Origin: Eukaryota sp. GEM-RC1 | Taxonomy: Eukaryota | DNA length: 64,000 bases | NCBI GenBank assembly: GCA_040285855.1 | Contig: JAUFOQ010000005.1 | Span: 62,001-126,000, forward strand | Reading direction: 5' to 3' | Part shown: positions 38,979-52,740 of the stretch, piece by piece | Position numbering within the stretch: the stretch's first letter is position 1 | Layout of the letters: every line of letters begins with the position of its first letter | Program-made: the position numbers and the translations under genes | The notes under the pieces: generated by a model | What the model was told of the DNA's origin: nothing | What the model saw: only the letters and a program-made list of their open reading frames with translations | Databases searched by the model: none

Positions 38979-41900
38979 ATGTCAACAAGAGCTCTGTTTG
39001 CAGGGGTGTTTCTCCCTGCTGATCCACCCGATCCCCCCTACTACGGCTCCAGGACGGGCACTTAAATGTGAAACAACAATTGCTGACCTTTTGAACAACT
39101 ATGACCCTTTGTTAGAACATAAATGTCACTTCATCGTCCTAGATGATAACATCAACAAGGGTGATCTTTCTCAAGCAATTGGGATTTACCAGCACATCGT
39201 CATATACATCCCCCACTACAACGTTGGGATTCACCTCACAATTGTTCCTTCTTCTCAGTATCAACTCTCATTCTTCTTTGCTTCCTTACCCAACAATGAT
39301 GTGACTGCTTCCCACTCCACTGAAGTCCTTCTCCCTTCCACGTCTCTCACGCGGAACAAGGGGACTTTGAAAAGTGGTGGGAAGTTGTCCTCAAGATGAA
39401 ACACTCTTCAGTTGATGCCGTGTCTCAAGTGACACGTAAAGGTGGTTCTTACCAATCTGAAACCCGGGAAGCACCCAATGTTGAGTTCTTCATCAACATG
39501 TTCATTGGCAACCTGCCAGGAACAGTAATTGACACGTCATCAACAACACGTGTCAGAGATCACGTGATCTACACACCCAATCAGTTTTGCTACAGAAGAC
39601 CCGGAGCTTTCATTGCCTTCTTCCAGGCTATTGACTACATTCTTGGTAGTAATTCCTGGTTGCCTCCTTTCCAACTCTTTTTGTTAGAGAATTACTTTGT
39701 TGAAGACCGATCGCTATCTAATAGTGATTTAATCCAAGCTTATGGTCATTTAAAGAAGGAGGGGATGAATGTGGAAGTTGATAGGGATTGGTTCAATGTT
39801 GACGTGATTCCACGTCTTTTACCTTCTCTCTCCACACCCCCACAAGCTTATCCAGTTATTAACTGGAACTTACCCCCGTGTTTAATGAGATCTCCAGTTC
39901 TTCTCCCGTGTTTGAAATCCCCAGTGATCCTTTACCATCCCCGCGTTTGTCTATGAAGCAGCTTTATTCAAAGATAAGATCAGGAAAACACGTTGATGCT
40001 TACTTTTATAGTAAAGTTCTATTGTCAATGATGGAACTTTTCCGAGATATCTATAATGACGCCCTTAAAAGATATCCACTGATTGCTTCCTATTGGATAG
40101 AGTTTCCTCAATTGGAATCATTAAAATATCTTCAGTTAGTGTCAAAAGTCGACTCTGAACAATTTTGGAGTTTATTTGACTTTTTAACTAATTTAAATAA
40201 CACCGACAAGAAAACTGGGGATCTTTTCGATGTCACGTCATCTCGTTCCTTTCAAGTGAAAACCTCTCAAGAAACTCCATCAATGGTTAATCATCTTAAT
40301 CAAATTTTAGATCTAGAATCGCAATCTCGAATCAAGCACAAATCCAGTGTTGAAAATTTAAAAAATGTTCAAAATCAAGATAGAGTTCGTTACGAGTCCA
40401 TGAACTGTGGCTGTTATTGGACAAAACCTACAGATGAGAATAACTATCAGAGAACAAAGGTAAAATGTCCTAAGTGTATGTTGGGTTTTGTTATGGTAAA
40501 TCGCCGTCATAGAAAATTTGAAAATTTCCTTCCAGAATGTGATATCCTACGTTTTGCGCTCATTTTTGATATCAACATTCCTTGTGAACTTTCTAGTCTT
40601 TATGATGCTGTTTACTACCTTCGAATTGCTCACGAAACAATCTCCATGGATAATGGTTTCTCCCAATGGTCTTGTCCCAGTCATTGTTCTAAGAGAAATC
40701 CTTCAGAAATCCACTTAGCATCTGCCACAGTGAAGACAGCTGGTTCTAGACTTCGTGATGAACACATTGATTGCTCAATGAGCATGTTCTTTGTGAACTG
40801 TGGTAGGAATGTTCTCCTTCAATGTTCTAAAACTGACTTTAACCAGTTATTTAGAGGTTCTCAACTACCTTCCAGAATCAGAGCTCCACTTGATTACCCT
40901 TATAAGGATCTCACGTTTGCTTTAGGATTTGGACACACTCAGAACAAAGTCTTGTGTGAACTAAGTAAATGTCCACACGAACTTTCTTTGAAAAAGTTTG
41001 AAGTTTTTGGGTGTCTTCGAACTGGGCTAACTATTTCATTGGTTAATTTAATAGCAATGTTTGTCACTACTGAGTTAGAGTTCTCTTCTCCAAGTACAAT
41101 CAGGTTATTGGAATGTGTTTGTTGGGAGATGTATTCTGATATAATATCTGAAATTCGAAGTAATTGTTACGTAGAAAAGATTTGTAAAGCTATTCAATCA
41201 TTTGCTAACACTTATCGTGATAAATGGGATCATTATCAAAACTTAGAATCATGTTTGATTGTCTTGGACAAACTCTCTGAATTGCATGATTCTCACGTCA
41301 TCAATCAAACCTATGACGTCATTAGAGAGATTCTCCACAACTGGAAGTCTTGTTGTTCTTTGAACTTCCTTCATCTCATTTCTCTTCTACACATCCGTGC
41401 TCACAAGAGATGGTATCAGGAACCCATCATCACATCCTCTCTTCTTCATAGTATCTACCATTACTCTTTGCATAACGTTTCTTACAAGGCAACTGATGCC
41501 GTCCTTAGGGCTGTGGAGGCCCTCGCTACATTGGAGTTTACTAAGGAAGTTCTTGATGAATTCGTTCTGGAAGCTGCCAGTTTTGATTGTTCAAATGCTG
41601 AGTGGAATAGGTCAGACTCTTGGTATTATACTGATCTAATTGTCGATGGAGTGAACTACAGAATAGAATTTCACCGTACATCTGGTGAGTTCTTGATCAA
41701 TCGAAAAGCTGCCACTCACCTACCCCTTTCGATCAGAAATTCTGAGATATTTCAATCATTGTTTGGTTTTGACTACCATCCTTCTATCATTGCTACTCCA
41801 TATGGTTACAGAACTGTTGAGTCATTGAATGGGTTTATTTACGAGTTCCATGTTGGCCCGTCCATTAACTCTAATGTTTTGTTCTACCAATCATGCCCTG

Positions 41901-44900
41901 ATACCAACCGCAAATGGTGTTACATTTCCACTCAAAAACTGGATTATTTACCAATTCACTTGTCCTCATTGTTTCACTGGTTATCTAGAGACGGTGTCCT
42001 TGAAATGAGAAGAAACCCCTTGGACCCTGAATCTACTGAGTTTATTTGGACTAGTGAAGGAGTCGTGAGGACTGTGGAGAATGACATTGTTTTACCAACA
42101 AGTTGTCCTTTGCTAAAGTGTCTTGTGGAGTTCTTTCCAATTGAGAATAGTAATCAGATCATAATCACGTGTGATAATGACCTTAAAGTACAGCTCATCA
42201 ATCTTTATCGTTATGGTCTTGATTTTGTCCTAGATCGAAATCAAATTGTTTGCACAACTCTCAACATGAATTTAGAACAAACATCACCTTGTAATGACGT
42301 TTACATCCCTCAATCATTGATCCTTTCTAATGAAACTACTTTCCAACTGCTGGTTCCCTTTGGTGAAGTTAAGAATAGAATAATTACTACCCCAAACTCC
42401 ACTGTTTTGTCATATTACCGCTACTCATGGTCAACTGAGCTCCAGATCTTTACCTCAAATAGTGATCAACTTGCTTGGCTGTATTTGACTCTAATATATG
42501 GTATGTTTAATATCAATATTAATGGATTTCATGTTGCTATCTTCCTTCTAACGACTCATTCGTATCCTACACAGACTTTTACTGAAGAAACAGTCCGTGT
42601 ACTACAGAATATAGCAAAACTCTCCCCAAAAAGAACTTTTTATCCTTCCGAAAAGCAAATAATGGAACAAATTAAATGGCCGGAAGGTCTGACTCCAGTT
42701 ACTTCTTCTGATATTTACTGGCTGATTGTAAACAATGTAAATGGAATTGAAAATCAACAGGAGTCTCCTTTCCTTCACTACAAAGCCTTTGTCAATTCAT
42801 TACATTTATTACCTGAACTAGGAGATCGAATTTTAAAGGAGATTAGTCAACCATTAGTACACACGCATATTGGAATTACTCTGGAACAACATGCTTTTAC
42901 GATTAATGTTCCTAATTTGAAAGTTTTTTCCCTTTTCAAAATAATGCAAGGAATCTCTGATGAATTCCAAGATTTTCTGCAATCAACAATCAACTCTTTT
43001 GATTGGGAGTCGTCATTGTTTGATCAGTCCAATGCGCTCAATATCTTTGACATGTTCTTCAGAATGACTACTGATCAACTTTATATTTTCAAATATTCTC
43101 TATTCCTTCAACTTACCTCTGACTTCCTCAATGATAATTTCTTTTCTCCGCCACTTGCAAATGTTCTTTACCATCTACTTGTTACTTCTAATACATCACC
43201 TCCTCTAGATTGGAATCCTCCACTTGAAGAGAAACTTCCTTATGTTCCTCCTGAAATCATGTCGGCAAGGTTTAAATTACGAGTTTATGGATATCCATGT
43301 GATATACCTTATAATCATTTTTATAGAGCTGCTGAGGATAAAGTTATGGCGTACCACCAATCTTTGACCAATGCATTTGATCAAGTAAAGTCAATGCAGT
43401 GTGTCACGAACTATTCTATTCCTTTTAAGAAGCTTTCTTCAACCACGTCCTTTCTTACAACACCTGTTGAAACTTTTCCACAAACTGTCTTATCAACAAG
43501 TAATTCCTGGAACTTACTTGTCCTGAACACCTGGTCATTGCTCAAGTTAAAACCCTTTGATTGTTATGATCAGCTAGCCACTTCTTTAGCTAGAATACTA
43601 GGTTTTACCATTAGACCTCAACAATTCAAGATTGCAAACCATTTACTTCACTCCAAGACAAGTATCCAAACTCAATTGTTCATGGGTGAAGGCAAAACTA
43701 GCGTCATTGTTCCTTTAATTTGCCTTGGAATATTATCTGATCCGAAAAAAACTGTGCCACGTGTCACTATCCTAAAACCCTTGTATAACACGTGTCTGAA
43801 TAAGTATCAAACCTTATTCTCTTGTTTAGGTCTTCGATTGGGTCGATTTGTTTGTCAGCGGTCTGATTCGTATGATGCCAATCACTATAATTCAATCATT
43901 ACTGATTGCGATTTACTAATCACGACCGCGGAATACCGACAATCCTTCATTTTAAAGACTAAAACTGACAATTCCCTTGCTTCAGTTTCTCTTGAAAATG
44001 TTCATGATATTCTTGATGAATCTGACGAGATTCTTGACCCAAGAAGTCAACTTATTTATCCCTATGGTCAACCCCAGGTACTAGACGGGGGTCGACTTAG
44101 ATGGGTTATTGGGGAAGCCATATTACAGTCAATGAAACATTTCTTTGAGTTTCCTTTTGAACATGAGCTCTATATTTCTGATTGCAAACTTGATATTTTG
44201 ACCTATATTCTTGATGGTAATACTTCCCTAGAAGACCAAGATAGATTAGATCTTAAACCCAGTACTAAATCTTTAATTATTGACTACGCTCTGGGTGATT
44301 CCCATGATTTTTCTATATTCAGTGATAGAATTCGTACTGTTGCCTTGATTCTCCGTGGTTATTTCTATTATTCTGTACTTGAAAGAGCTTTAAAGCTTAG
44401 ATACAGAGTCAATTACGGCAGGGATGTCAAGAGGAAGTCTCTTTTAGCTGTCCCCTTTAGAGCAAAGGACGTACCTGCTTTAGCTTCAGAGTTTTCTGAC
44501 GTGGATCTCGCCATCTTTTTGACCTTGCTTACGTGGCACCAGACTGGTCTTGATCATCGTCAGTTTTCTACAGTCTTGAATTCGCTTCAGTCAAGTCATG
44601 AACATATGTTGTCTATTTGGACTGATGGTGAGTTTTCTTTTGACAATCTTGTATTTGAAGATGACGGTCTAATCCTTCGATTACATGACCAATTAGGCAA
44701 TGACCCACGAGTTATTGATTTCTACCTAAATTTAAAATGTTTCCCTACCTATACTAAACAGTTTCCCACCAAGAGAAGTACTTCCCCTTGGGACTTAGCT
44801 AATCCTGGAAGTTTAAAGCCTGTTGTTGGATTTAGTGGGACAAATGGATCTCAGAGGTTGTTGCCTTATCCAACTACTCAGCAGGATTTAAAATTTGTTG

Positions 44901-46420
44901 AAGATACTAATAGAAACATGGATATGGCCATTTTGGACCAACAAATTTTGAAATATGACGGAGATTTGCTTAAAGTTTTGATTGAAAATCCCTCGTTTAC
45001 AGTTCTTTTAGATGTTGGAGCTGTGTGTATGCTTCAAAACAAAGAGTTTGCTTCTGAATGGCTTTCAATGTACAAACAACATCATCCTGACTCTAATATC
45101 TCGGCAGTGCTTTACTTTGAGAACGATAAACTCATGGCTTCTAATGGTGACGTTAGTCTCAACTTCCATGATTCAATATATGTTGAACAAATGGACAAAT
45201 GCTTAGTTTACCTTGATGATTTCCACTGCAGAGGTGTTGACCTCAAGTTTCCTCCCAGGACAAGAGCAGCCTTGACCCTTTACAAGGGACTTACAAGGGA
45301 CAAGATAGCCCAAGGATCTATGAGGATGAGGAAGTTGTTGATGAACTCTCCTGAGAAGCATTCCATCACGTATTTACAACCTCCATCAGTAGAATTTTTA
45401 AATATTTTGGATTGGTGTTTGGAGAACTCTAGTAGTTATGTCGAACGCTCACTCAAAACTTGGACTAGGGAAGGTATCACGTGGTTTAATGACCTTCCTG
45501 AAGCGGATGCTCAGACTCTATGTGATCTCTACCACGCAGAAATCCTTCCATGTCCTCCTTTAAAACTTCTTGAAAAGTCAACAATCAGCTCAAATGCTGA
45601 CGTTTACACCTTCATGCACAACACTCTCTCCTCTTCCAAAGTACTAGTAGAAAGTAACATTGAGGAAGAGCAAGAAAAAGAATTAGAGGAAGAATTACAG
45701 GAAGAACGCTCAGTTCAACGGCCAGCTCCTGCTGTTCCTCGTATTCCTTCACTTGGTCCAGCTTTAAAGGCTCTGGTAAGAGGAGCGTTCTTTGCTAATT
45801 GTTTTATTCAATTTGAATATGAAAACAATGTAAAGTTCTATTGTACTGAGGAGTTTGCTCATATTAAAAAGTATTTTCCAAAGGATTTTTCAAGAAGGCC
45901 ATCTTGGGTTATTGTTCATCCATCTGGAGTTCTGTTTGTATCTCCTTTTGAAGCTAATGAATTACTTGTTTTGAGTAAATTAGATGCCCAGAAAGCTTTG
46001 ACTTCTTTTGGACTTTGTTCTGTAGTGTCAAGAGTTTCTTCACCAACGCAGTTAATTTTCCCATTCTTTTCTCCGTCTGAATCGTTGTCAAGTTGTCCAG
46101 TTTTTAACCTGTATTTGGGGTCTTGGTACTTTCACTCAGGTCTTGCTTTAAAGGATTTCTGCTCCTTCTTTGGGCTTTTTCCCAGGCCCAGAACCTCGGA
46201 GCAGGAAACAGCAAGAGAACGTGGATTGATTGATGACGATGGATGGGGGTCAGTTGATGGGAAGTTAGGAATGGTTACAGTAAGTCCATTGAGTTTCATG
46301 AAGAATCGTCTTGAAACACTTCATCATGATGACGTTTACATTGGCAGTCACTTACATGACGTTTTGTATTTGATGCGTAATCCTCAACAAATGTCAAGTT
46401 CTCAGACTGTTGTAGGTTAG
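38979..46420 (+). CDS. Giant DUF6606/DUF3638/DUF3645-type protein with an SF2-like P-loop NTPase core; the N-terminus is split by about three frameshifts
   Basis: The 2180-aa ORF contains IRPQQ, QLFMGEGKTSVIVP, ILDESDEIL, YRVNYG..LAVPFRAKDVPA..SEFSDVD, GFSGT, YLDDFHCRGVDLK, QGSMRMRKL and EEEQEKEL. Upstream ORFs supply family-like N-terminal motifs (VFLP, YIPHYNVG, ETREAP, RVRDHV..YRRP). The start at 38979 is inferred. Confidence 0.82.
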
Positions 46421-47786
46421 TTTTGTACTTCATTTGAAGCTGTTATGCCAATTTCTTTTATTAACGATAAATTTGTCTTTTAAATTATTGATTATTTGTA
46501 TTGAAGTAAACATCCAAATCTACAACTATAAATAGTAATGATTTAATAATACTTTTAATAGGGTTGTTAAAAGTATGTCAATTCATTTGAGGACCTTGAC
46601 CTGGCCCGTAATGTTCAGGTATTGACCCAGTGCATGGAACAATAAAACTAATGTAGAAGTCACATTATACATTACATTACCAACTCTTCCACCTTCTATT
46701 GATTGCATCTCCACCCCAAGATTGTACGAGCCCTCTTGAGTGTTAGGTCTTGGGCTGCTAATGTCTTGGAGTTGCCTTTATGATCTATCTATGTAGTAAC
46801 TAGAACAGTTATTTTCACATTCATTTTCACCTCTTCACAATAAAGTTTGGTGTTCATCTATGTTCGGATCGTTTTAACTGTTCTTAAAACAGTTCCCCTA
46901 ATCATCTCCAAAGCTTTATTAGCGGTGAGTTCCTTTTACGAGGACAAAGCTGCTGTAAGGTTTGATAGTGACGGGTGTTGTTTAAATGATATCAAATTTT
47001 AGTTGTTTGATCTATTACATTTATAATATAGTTGATCTACTCAAAAATCTATGTTCCTGTTTTTCAGAAGAAAATCAGGTAATTTCTACTTTCGTTATAA
47101 ACTTCTTTGTAGACATAATTGACTTCAAACGTCAGAAAAGTTCGTACCATATAGATTGTAAGTCCATCTCTTTATTCAAGCGTAGAGGTAACATCCCGTG
47201 GTGTTTGTTTAACAAACATTCTATATTATCTGATCAGTAAATTGTTGACAAACGATGAGCTAAACAAATTGACTTTGAGTCTGCAGACTGAGAGTCGAGT
47301 CGAGGGCAACTCTATTTGAAACTCTGAATCATGTCTTTCATTATCTGAATTAGTATGTCTTAATTTATTATTGTAAATATAGTTTATAGTTTTGAATCAT
47401 ACTGAAGACGAAAGGTTTTATTTTAACAGAAAAATGAAGGCATTTTCCCCACCATAAATTATTAGGTTAACTAGTGTAGTTACATTTCTATTCCTTATCG
47501 GTTGAAATACATTGTTACGACATCTAAAATTATCATCTCACACATTTCTGTGGGTTTATTTGTTACTTAATCCCTAACATCTCTGTGATTTTTCTTATTT
47601 TGGGAAGATAACTGATTACGAAGCATTAGACAGAACAGAACCTAAAACAGGTTCTGGAATCTTCACAGTAATTGTTAAAATGATTGTAATGGCAACGTGA
47701 TAGAATATTTTCATCAAAAACAAAGGAAAGTTTATCACAAATTGTACAAATTATTTAATAACATTTCTACTAAGGAATGTACATAA

Positions 47787-48160
47787 TAGGAATGTTAATT
47801 AGTTCAGGGCAGTTCACACCTCTATGAACTGAACTGAATGAACTTACAGTTTACTCCATTTTTTATGACTACATGTGTGCACTTTTTCACCACCTATCAG
47901 GAACGTAGGATGAAGAATTCCAATATTGTTATGGAATGGTTGACGTTGGTAGTACATTAGTTGGAGAATTACGAGAGTGGAACTTGATCTTTCAACACTT
48001 GTGTTCTGACGTGGCCTTTAGTTGAGCATCGTTTTATGTAACAATTCAAGCCAATAGTGTTGCGTCTGAGTGTTGTTTGTCACTTGTAGGAAACAATGGT
48101 ATAATTGTTTCAGTTCAGTTCACACTTTTTTGAACTGAACTGAACTATTTAACATTCCTG
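47787..48160. mobile_element. 374-bp hAT-type MITE
   Basis: TIRs TAGGAATGTTAA / TTAACATTCCTG, TSD GTACATAA / GTACATAG (7/8), and AGTTC/GAACT subterminal repeats. Confidence 0.8.
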
Positions 48161-48472
48161 GTACATAGTCTTCCATGAATTGTAGATAAGTTTTCATAAA
48201 TCCACCATACGTAGATAGCTGATGTGTAGGACTTTTTTTGTTTTAAGGGTACATTGCGATCTTATTTGAGAAGTTTCACCTTCGAAACCACTATCACAGG
48301 ACCATTGTCATAGGACTGTGTCGATTGTATGATCTTTCTAACATAAATGTAACAATGTATTGCCCCAAAAATACTAAATTCTATCAGTAGTGACAAGGAA
48401 AGTTTGACATTGTTAAAAAATTTGCTTTATTCTATAAACTCACACTAAAGAAAATAAACTAGACCGATAAGT

Positions 48473-48690
48473 CTACCCCATCACACAACCTTCACCACCA
48501 CCAATTAAAATCTTCAAGATATCATCAAAGTAATTGTTCATAGAACGAAATAGAGCATATACGAGACGATCTCTGTAAAAACCACTGTTGAACTTTTTAA
48601 CGAAATCATTACACAAATCCTGAAACGAACATAAGAAGTTATTAGCTGCAGTACTTAAATTTCCATATAAAGAAATTTCAAAAAGGTTAA
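48473..48690 (-). mobile_element. 3' remnant of an RLE-type non-LTR element
   Basis: Reads LFEISLYGNLSTAANNFLCSFQDLC..VYALFRSMNNYFDDILKILIGG. Confidence 0.55.
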
Positions 48691-49699
48691 ATTTGAAAAA
48701 AAAGTTTTATGTGATAAATTAACGAAATACAAACAACTAGTACTTAAAAATTAAAATTTGAAATTTTACAACTCATCTATAATTATAGGTTTATCTATAA
48801 TCATACAACTCACTGATTGTCTGGTACAAACTCTGTGATGTGTGATCTACTTCAGTGTTTCCCCCATGTCATATTCCATTTTCAATCTTAGAAATACAAC
48901 TGACCGACAGAACAGGTCCCGGACTATCAAGACTTTCGTGAGAAAAGTCTTAACGCTGGCTGATGAGCAAGATTTAAACAAGTCGCTCGTTCTTCTCCCT
49001 TACGGGAAAAGCAATCCTTTCCGTACAAAAAACTTCCATTTGGTGGAAGTTTCGCCCCTAACTTACCAGATAATCTCAAGAACAGAGTCCAGATGTTTTG
49101 CTTAAAGTACAAAACTGCTGTTGCATTGGTTTTAGGTGGAGATCAAGACACCGAACTTCGATGGGTAACTAAGAGAAGCGAGTCATCTCATTCAAGCAAC
49201 TGTAGTGCCTCAATCAACTGTAGTGCCTCGTCTTAAGCGTTTGCTTGAAGACGTTAAGCAAGCCACTGTTGCCCGATCCCCTCCCCCTCTTTCTCCTACT
49301 GATAATGCCAGTGCTCTTACTACTCATGGTTCTGGAGCCGCTTTTCCAGATAGTTCATCAACAAAACAATTCGAAACAGTTCACATTCAATCTATTTCGT
49401 TTGCACCAGATATCCTACAAGGGCCTTTTATATTTCAATGATTGAATAGAAACAAATATACCTTCATTTCAACAATAGATTAGTACATACTAATTTAGAA
49501 AACGTACGAAATTAAATCGGCCACATCAACACGATCACTGTTCCTATGCAACTTTTAATCAATGGAACTCAGATACTTGATACTTCTGTAAAGAGCAAAC
49601 ACAGTTCGATTACTATATACAGTACCATTAAAAACCTTTAGATAGAACGACTTACAGTATGACAGTCACTAAATAGTTTTGAACCTACAGGAGCAATAT

Positions 49700-50040
49700 C
49701 CAAAAATAATAAATGCAACGAAGACACAATATTATCGTCTTTCAGCCTTTTGCAGTTTCTTTGTACGGAAATTTCGGTACTTCTACCAAGGACTTTTTAA
49801 TTTATTTGAATATTTGTTTTCAGAATTTGGCAAGAAGTTTTACAGATCGTACTGGAAGAGTAAATTTGCTTTTTCGATTTTTAGGTCTATGTATAGATAT
49901 GTTGATTCCATTGTGTCCAAGTTGTTTGGAGGCAACTACTTTTCGGAATTAGGTAGTTCGTTTGATAATTTGTTTTAAAAGTGTGTATTTATTTGTTGTT
50001 TTCCTGTTGTATGTCTTTCTCTGCACATAAATCTATTTTT
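49700..50040 (+). mobile_element. 3' remnant of an RLE-type non-LTR element with 3' UTR
   Basis: Reads FQPFAVSLYGNFGTSTKDFL, then after a frameshift FSIFRSMYRYVDSIVSKLFGG. The UTR is shared with 1930-2000. Confidence 0.55.
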
Positions 50041-50052
50041 TTATAATGGAAT

Positions 50053-50549
50053 CAGGCCCTCTCATAAGATAATTTTAAATAATTTGAACGTCAAAACGTG
50101 CCAAAAATAAATGTGAAATAACTTTTTTTATACAATGAATTTATTATTATACTATTAATCAGCGTTTTAATTGCGAAATAGTTTTTTCGTTCACTCTTAA
50201 AGAATAAATTGATTAGATTAGAAAACGACTTGATCAACATCTACTAATCCGTTCCAGGAAATTTGACAGTTTCATTGAAATGAGTGCAATTTTTCACTTA
50301 AATTCATGATGGTGACAGGAGCTTTTTAGACGCGTTCATTTGACTATGATCTGTTAGAAAGTTTTTTACTTAGTTTGACAATACGGGGTCTCAAGTGTTT
50401 GCATAAATGAAAGAGATTTTAATATTATCTATTTATATTTTGTTTTATTTTTGTTTTTTTGCATGCTCGTAAAGAAGTGTCAAAAATTAATATATACATA
50501 CAAATAAATACAAATAAATAGAATTTATATTCATTTATGAGGAGCCCTG
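50053..50549. mobile_element. 497-bp hAT-type MITE
   Basis: Imperfect TIRs CAGGCCCTCTCATAA / TTATGAGGAGCCCTG and TSD AATGGAAT / AATGGAAC (7/8). Confidence 0.65.
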
Positions 50550-50575
50550 AATGGAACAAATCAAAGTTTTAAATG

Positions 50576-50890
50576 TTAATTTTCATTAAGTTTCTTCAAA
50601 GTATCAGCATAAGTAAAACACTTTCGATGTTGAACCTTTTCTGACGATTCTGTCAACAGACGTTGAGTTACAAGAATCAACTGTAGTGAAGTCCATAAAT
50701 ATTGCTTAAGAGGACAACCAACGAAATAATTCATAACTGAGTCAGACAAAGTATTTAAAATTGGTTTCATTTTCCTATGTAAACTGGTCTCAAACAATTC
50801 TAAACATCAATCACGTAAACTGTTGTGAATGATTGATCTTAAATGAACATACTTATGACAGACCATATGATGGGAAGAAGTTAAATCATT
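50576..50890 (-). mobile_element. Remnant of an RLE-type non-LTR element (zinc-knuckle region)
   Basis: HHMVCHKYVHLRSIIHNSLRD parallels HIASCKKFLQFRSILPNAVRD in the 26.6-kb remnant. Confidence 0.55.
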
Positions 50891-51318
50891 TTAAACCAGT
50901 TCCAAAACACGTAACTTAAATGTTTTGAGCTGCTCTACTGTAGATCACACAGAATCACGTGTCAAAGATCCAATTCTTAACCAGTAATAACCCAATCAAT
51001 TCATATTGTTTAGATTATTTCTGGAGTCAAAATAGTGTGAAATTAAGCAGGAATTGTAGCTCACTGTCCCATTCATAACACAACGTCTCACGGTAAATTA
51101 GAACACTATGCTAATCTAAACGCAGTCTCATAAATCCATCTGAATTACAACAAAAAATAAGTCACTTAACCTTAGTCACCGTAACATCACACACGCTGTA
51201 AAAAGAAGTAGAATGAGATGTCTTATAAGGATGACACCATTTTATTATATTTGTAGCACAAGCCACACGAGAATTCTAGTAGCGATTAAATACGAATGGA
51301 GACAAAGTTTCATAAAAA

Positions 51319-52200
51319 TCAGAAATTTTGTTTGTGCACTAAACATTTAATTTGCCAGCAATTATCCACATTAAAAAAGAGACATGAACAGAAGTTGAGA
51401 GGTAATGGAAAAGGTTCTACAGTAATCGAAAAGACCATCTCTTTGAACAGATTACTATTTTCTGAAACGAAATGGAATAAATTCCTTTGAGCAGCTGTTG
51501 AAAGAATCTGTATTAATTCATAATCATTAGTCACTCTCGTTAAAAACCCAATACACTCCTTCTTTAACTCTTCGTCTTGAAAATAGACTGAAAGTTGATA
51601 ATAACTCATTGTCGGAGTTAAGAATGATTGATTTACCAGTAAGGGAATCAAAGAAAGATTGGAATTATTCACCAGTAACTCCAATAAACTCGTCATGATA
51701 CAAGAACTTTCGAAGGGAATGATCAGCAAAGTTAGAGCAGAATTGATTTTTCAATGTTTTTGAACAACAAATTAAAAAATTGACCTAATGACGACTTGTT
51801 TATCTAAGTAAGTCACAATTTCATTAGAATCTAGCTGTAGTTGAAAAGGTTTTGATAAATCCAATGATGTTTTCATTTTCTCAAGAATTGATTGAGATAA
51901 CAACTCAAGTTGAAGAGAAGAACATAGAGAAAGAACATGACCCACGTTTTGAACAGTGAGATGCATAGGATGTCCGTAAAAGAATTGGAATACTTGAAAG
52001 AAAAGGTCGGGATCAGAAACAGAAGCTTCAAGTTCGGGAAAGACAACTTCGGTGGATGAAGTATTGAATTTGGTACTTAAGAATGTACTGAAAGTAGCAA
52101 GATAACAAAAATGACAAGAGAAACGTTCACCATGAAAAACAACGACACTACATGTCAGCAGATCTTCTTGCTGACATTAAAGAAATCTGTCACGGAGAAG
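51319..52200 (-). pseudogene. Divergent, decayed member of the BTB family
   Basis: VVFHGERFSCHFCYLATFSTFL..DPDLFFQVFQFFYG..SYYQLSVYFQDEELKKEC..EPFPLPL..VDNCW, with stops and frameshifts. Confidence 0.75.
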
Positions 52201-52540
52201 CGTTGTACTGAAAGGTCATGTTTTAGGACCCTTGCCTAGACCATCCATTATCTTGAGTTGAGGAAATTGATTGCCAGTTGCAGTAGTTGAAACAAATAGT
52301 TAAATAACTTTGTCATAATTTAGATTCTTCGTCCGACGAAGATCTCTATGATCTTCAACTTAAAAATTCCTTGAACATAATGATGGATAACGATGTTGCC
52401 TAGAGTGTTATTATGTTTTATATATAACTGTTTTATGTATGATCTCTGAACAAAGTAAAATAATCCTAATAGTGACCCAGTTTGGGTTTGGGGCTTTAAT
52501 TTAGTGATTCTGGGTGCTATGAGGCGCCTGACAGTAAATC

Positions 52541-52740
52541 TCAATCTAAATCTGTATCATAACCTTCTCCTAGTACACCCTTTTCCAAAGTCTTTTGCAC
52601 TGGTTTAGCAGACCAGTAACTTCTATTGTACAGAAGAAACAGTTGACGTTCAAGAGACGTCCACTTCAAACGGGGGCGGTGGTCCCATATGGTTCTTTTG
52701 GCTTTTGAAAACAATCTCTCGGCATCATCCGAAATTCGCG
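52541..52740 (-). mobile_element. hAT transposase C-terminal remnant
   Basis: Reads SDDAERLFSKAKRTIWDHRPRLKWTSLERQLFLLYNRSYW. Confidence 0.65.

Noticed and set aside
37960..46630. Mutator TIRs enclosing the giant helicase-like gene (GGGTCA.. / ..TGACCC)
   Set aside because: Only about 6 bp of inverted match and no TSD were found by eye, which is not enough to call a Pack-MULE.
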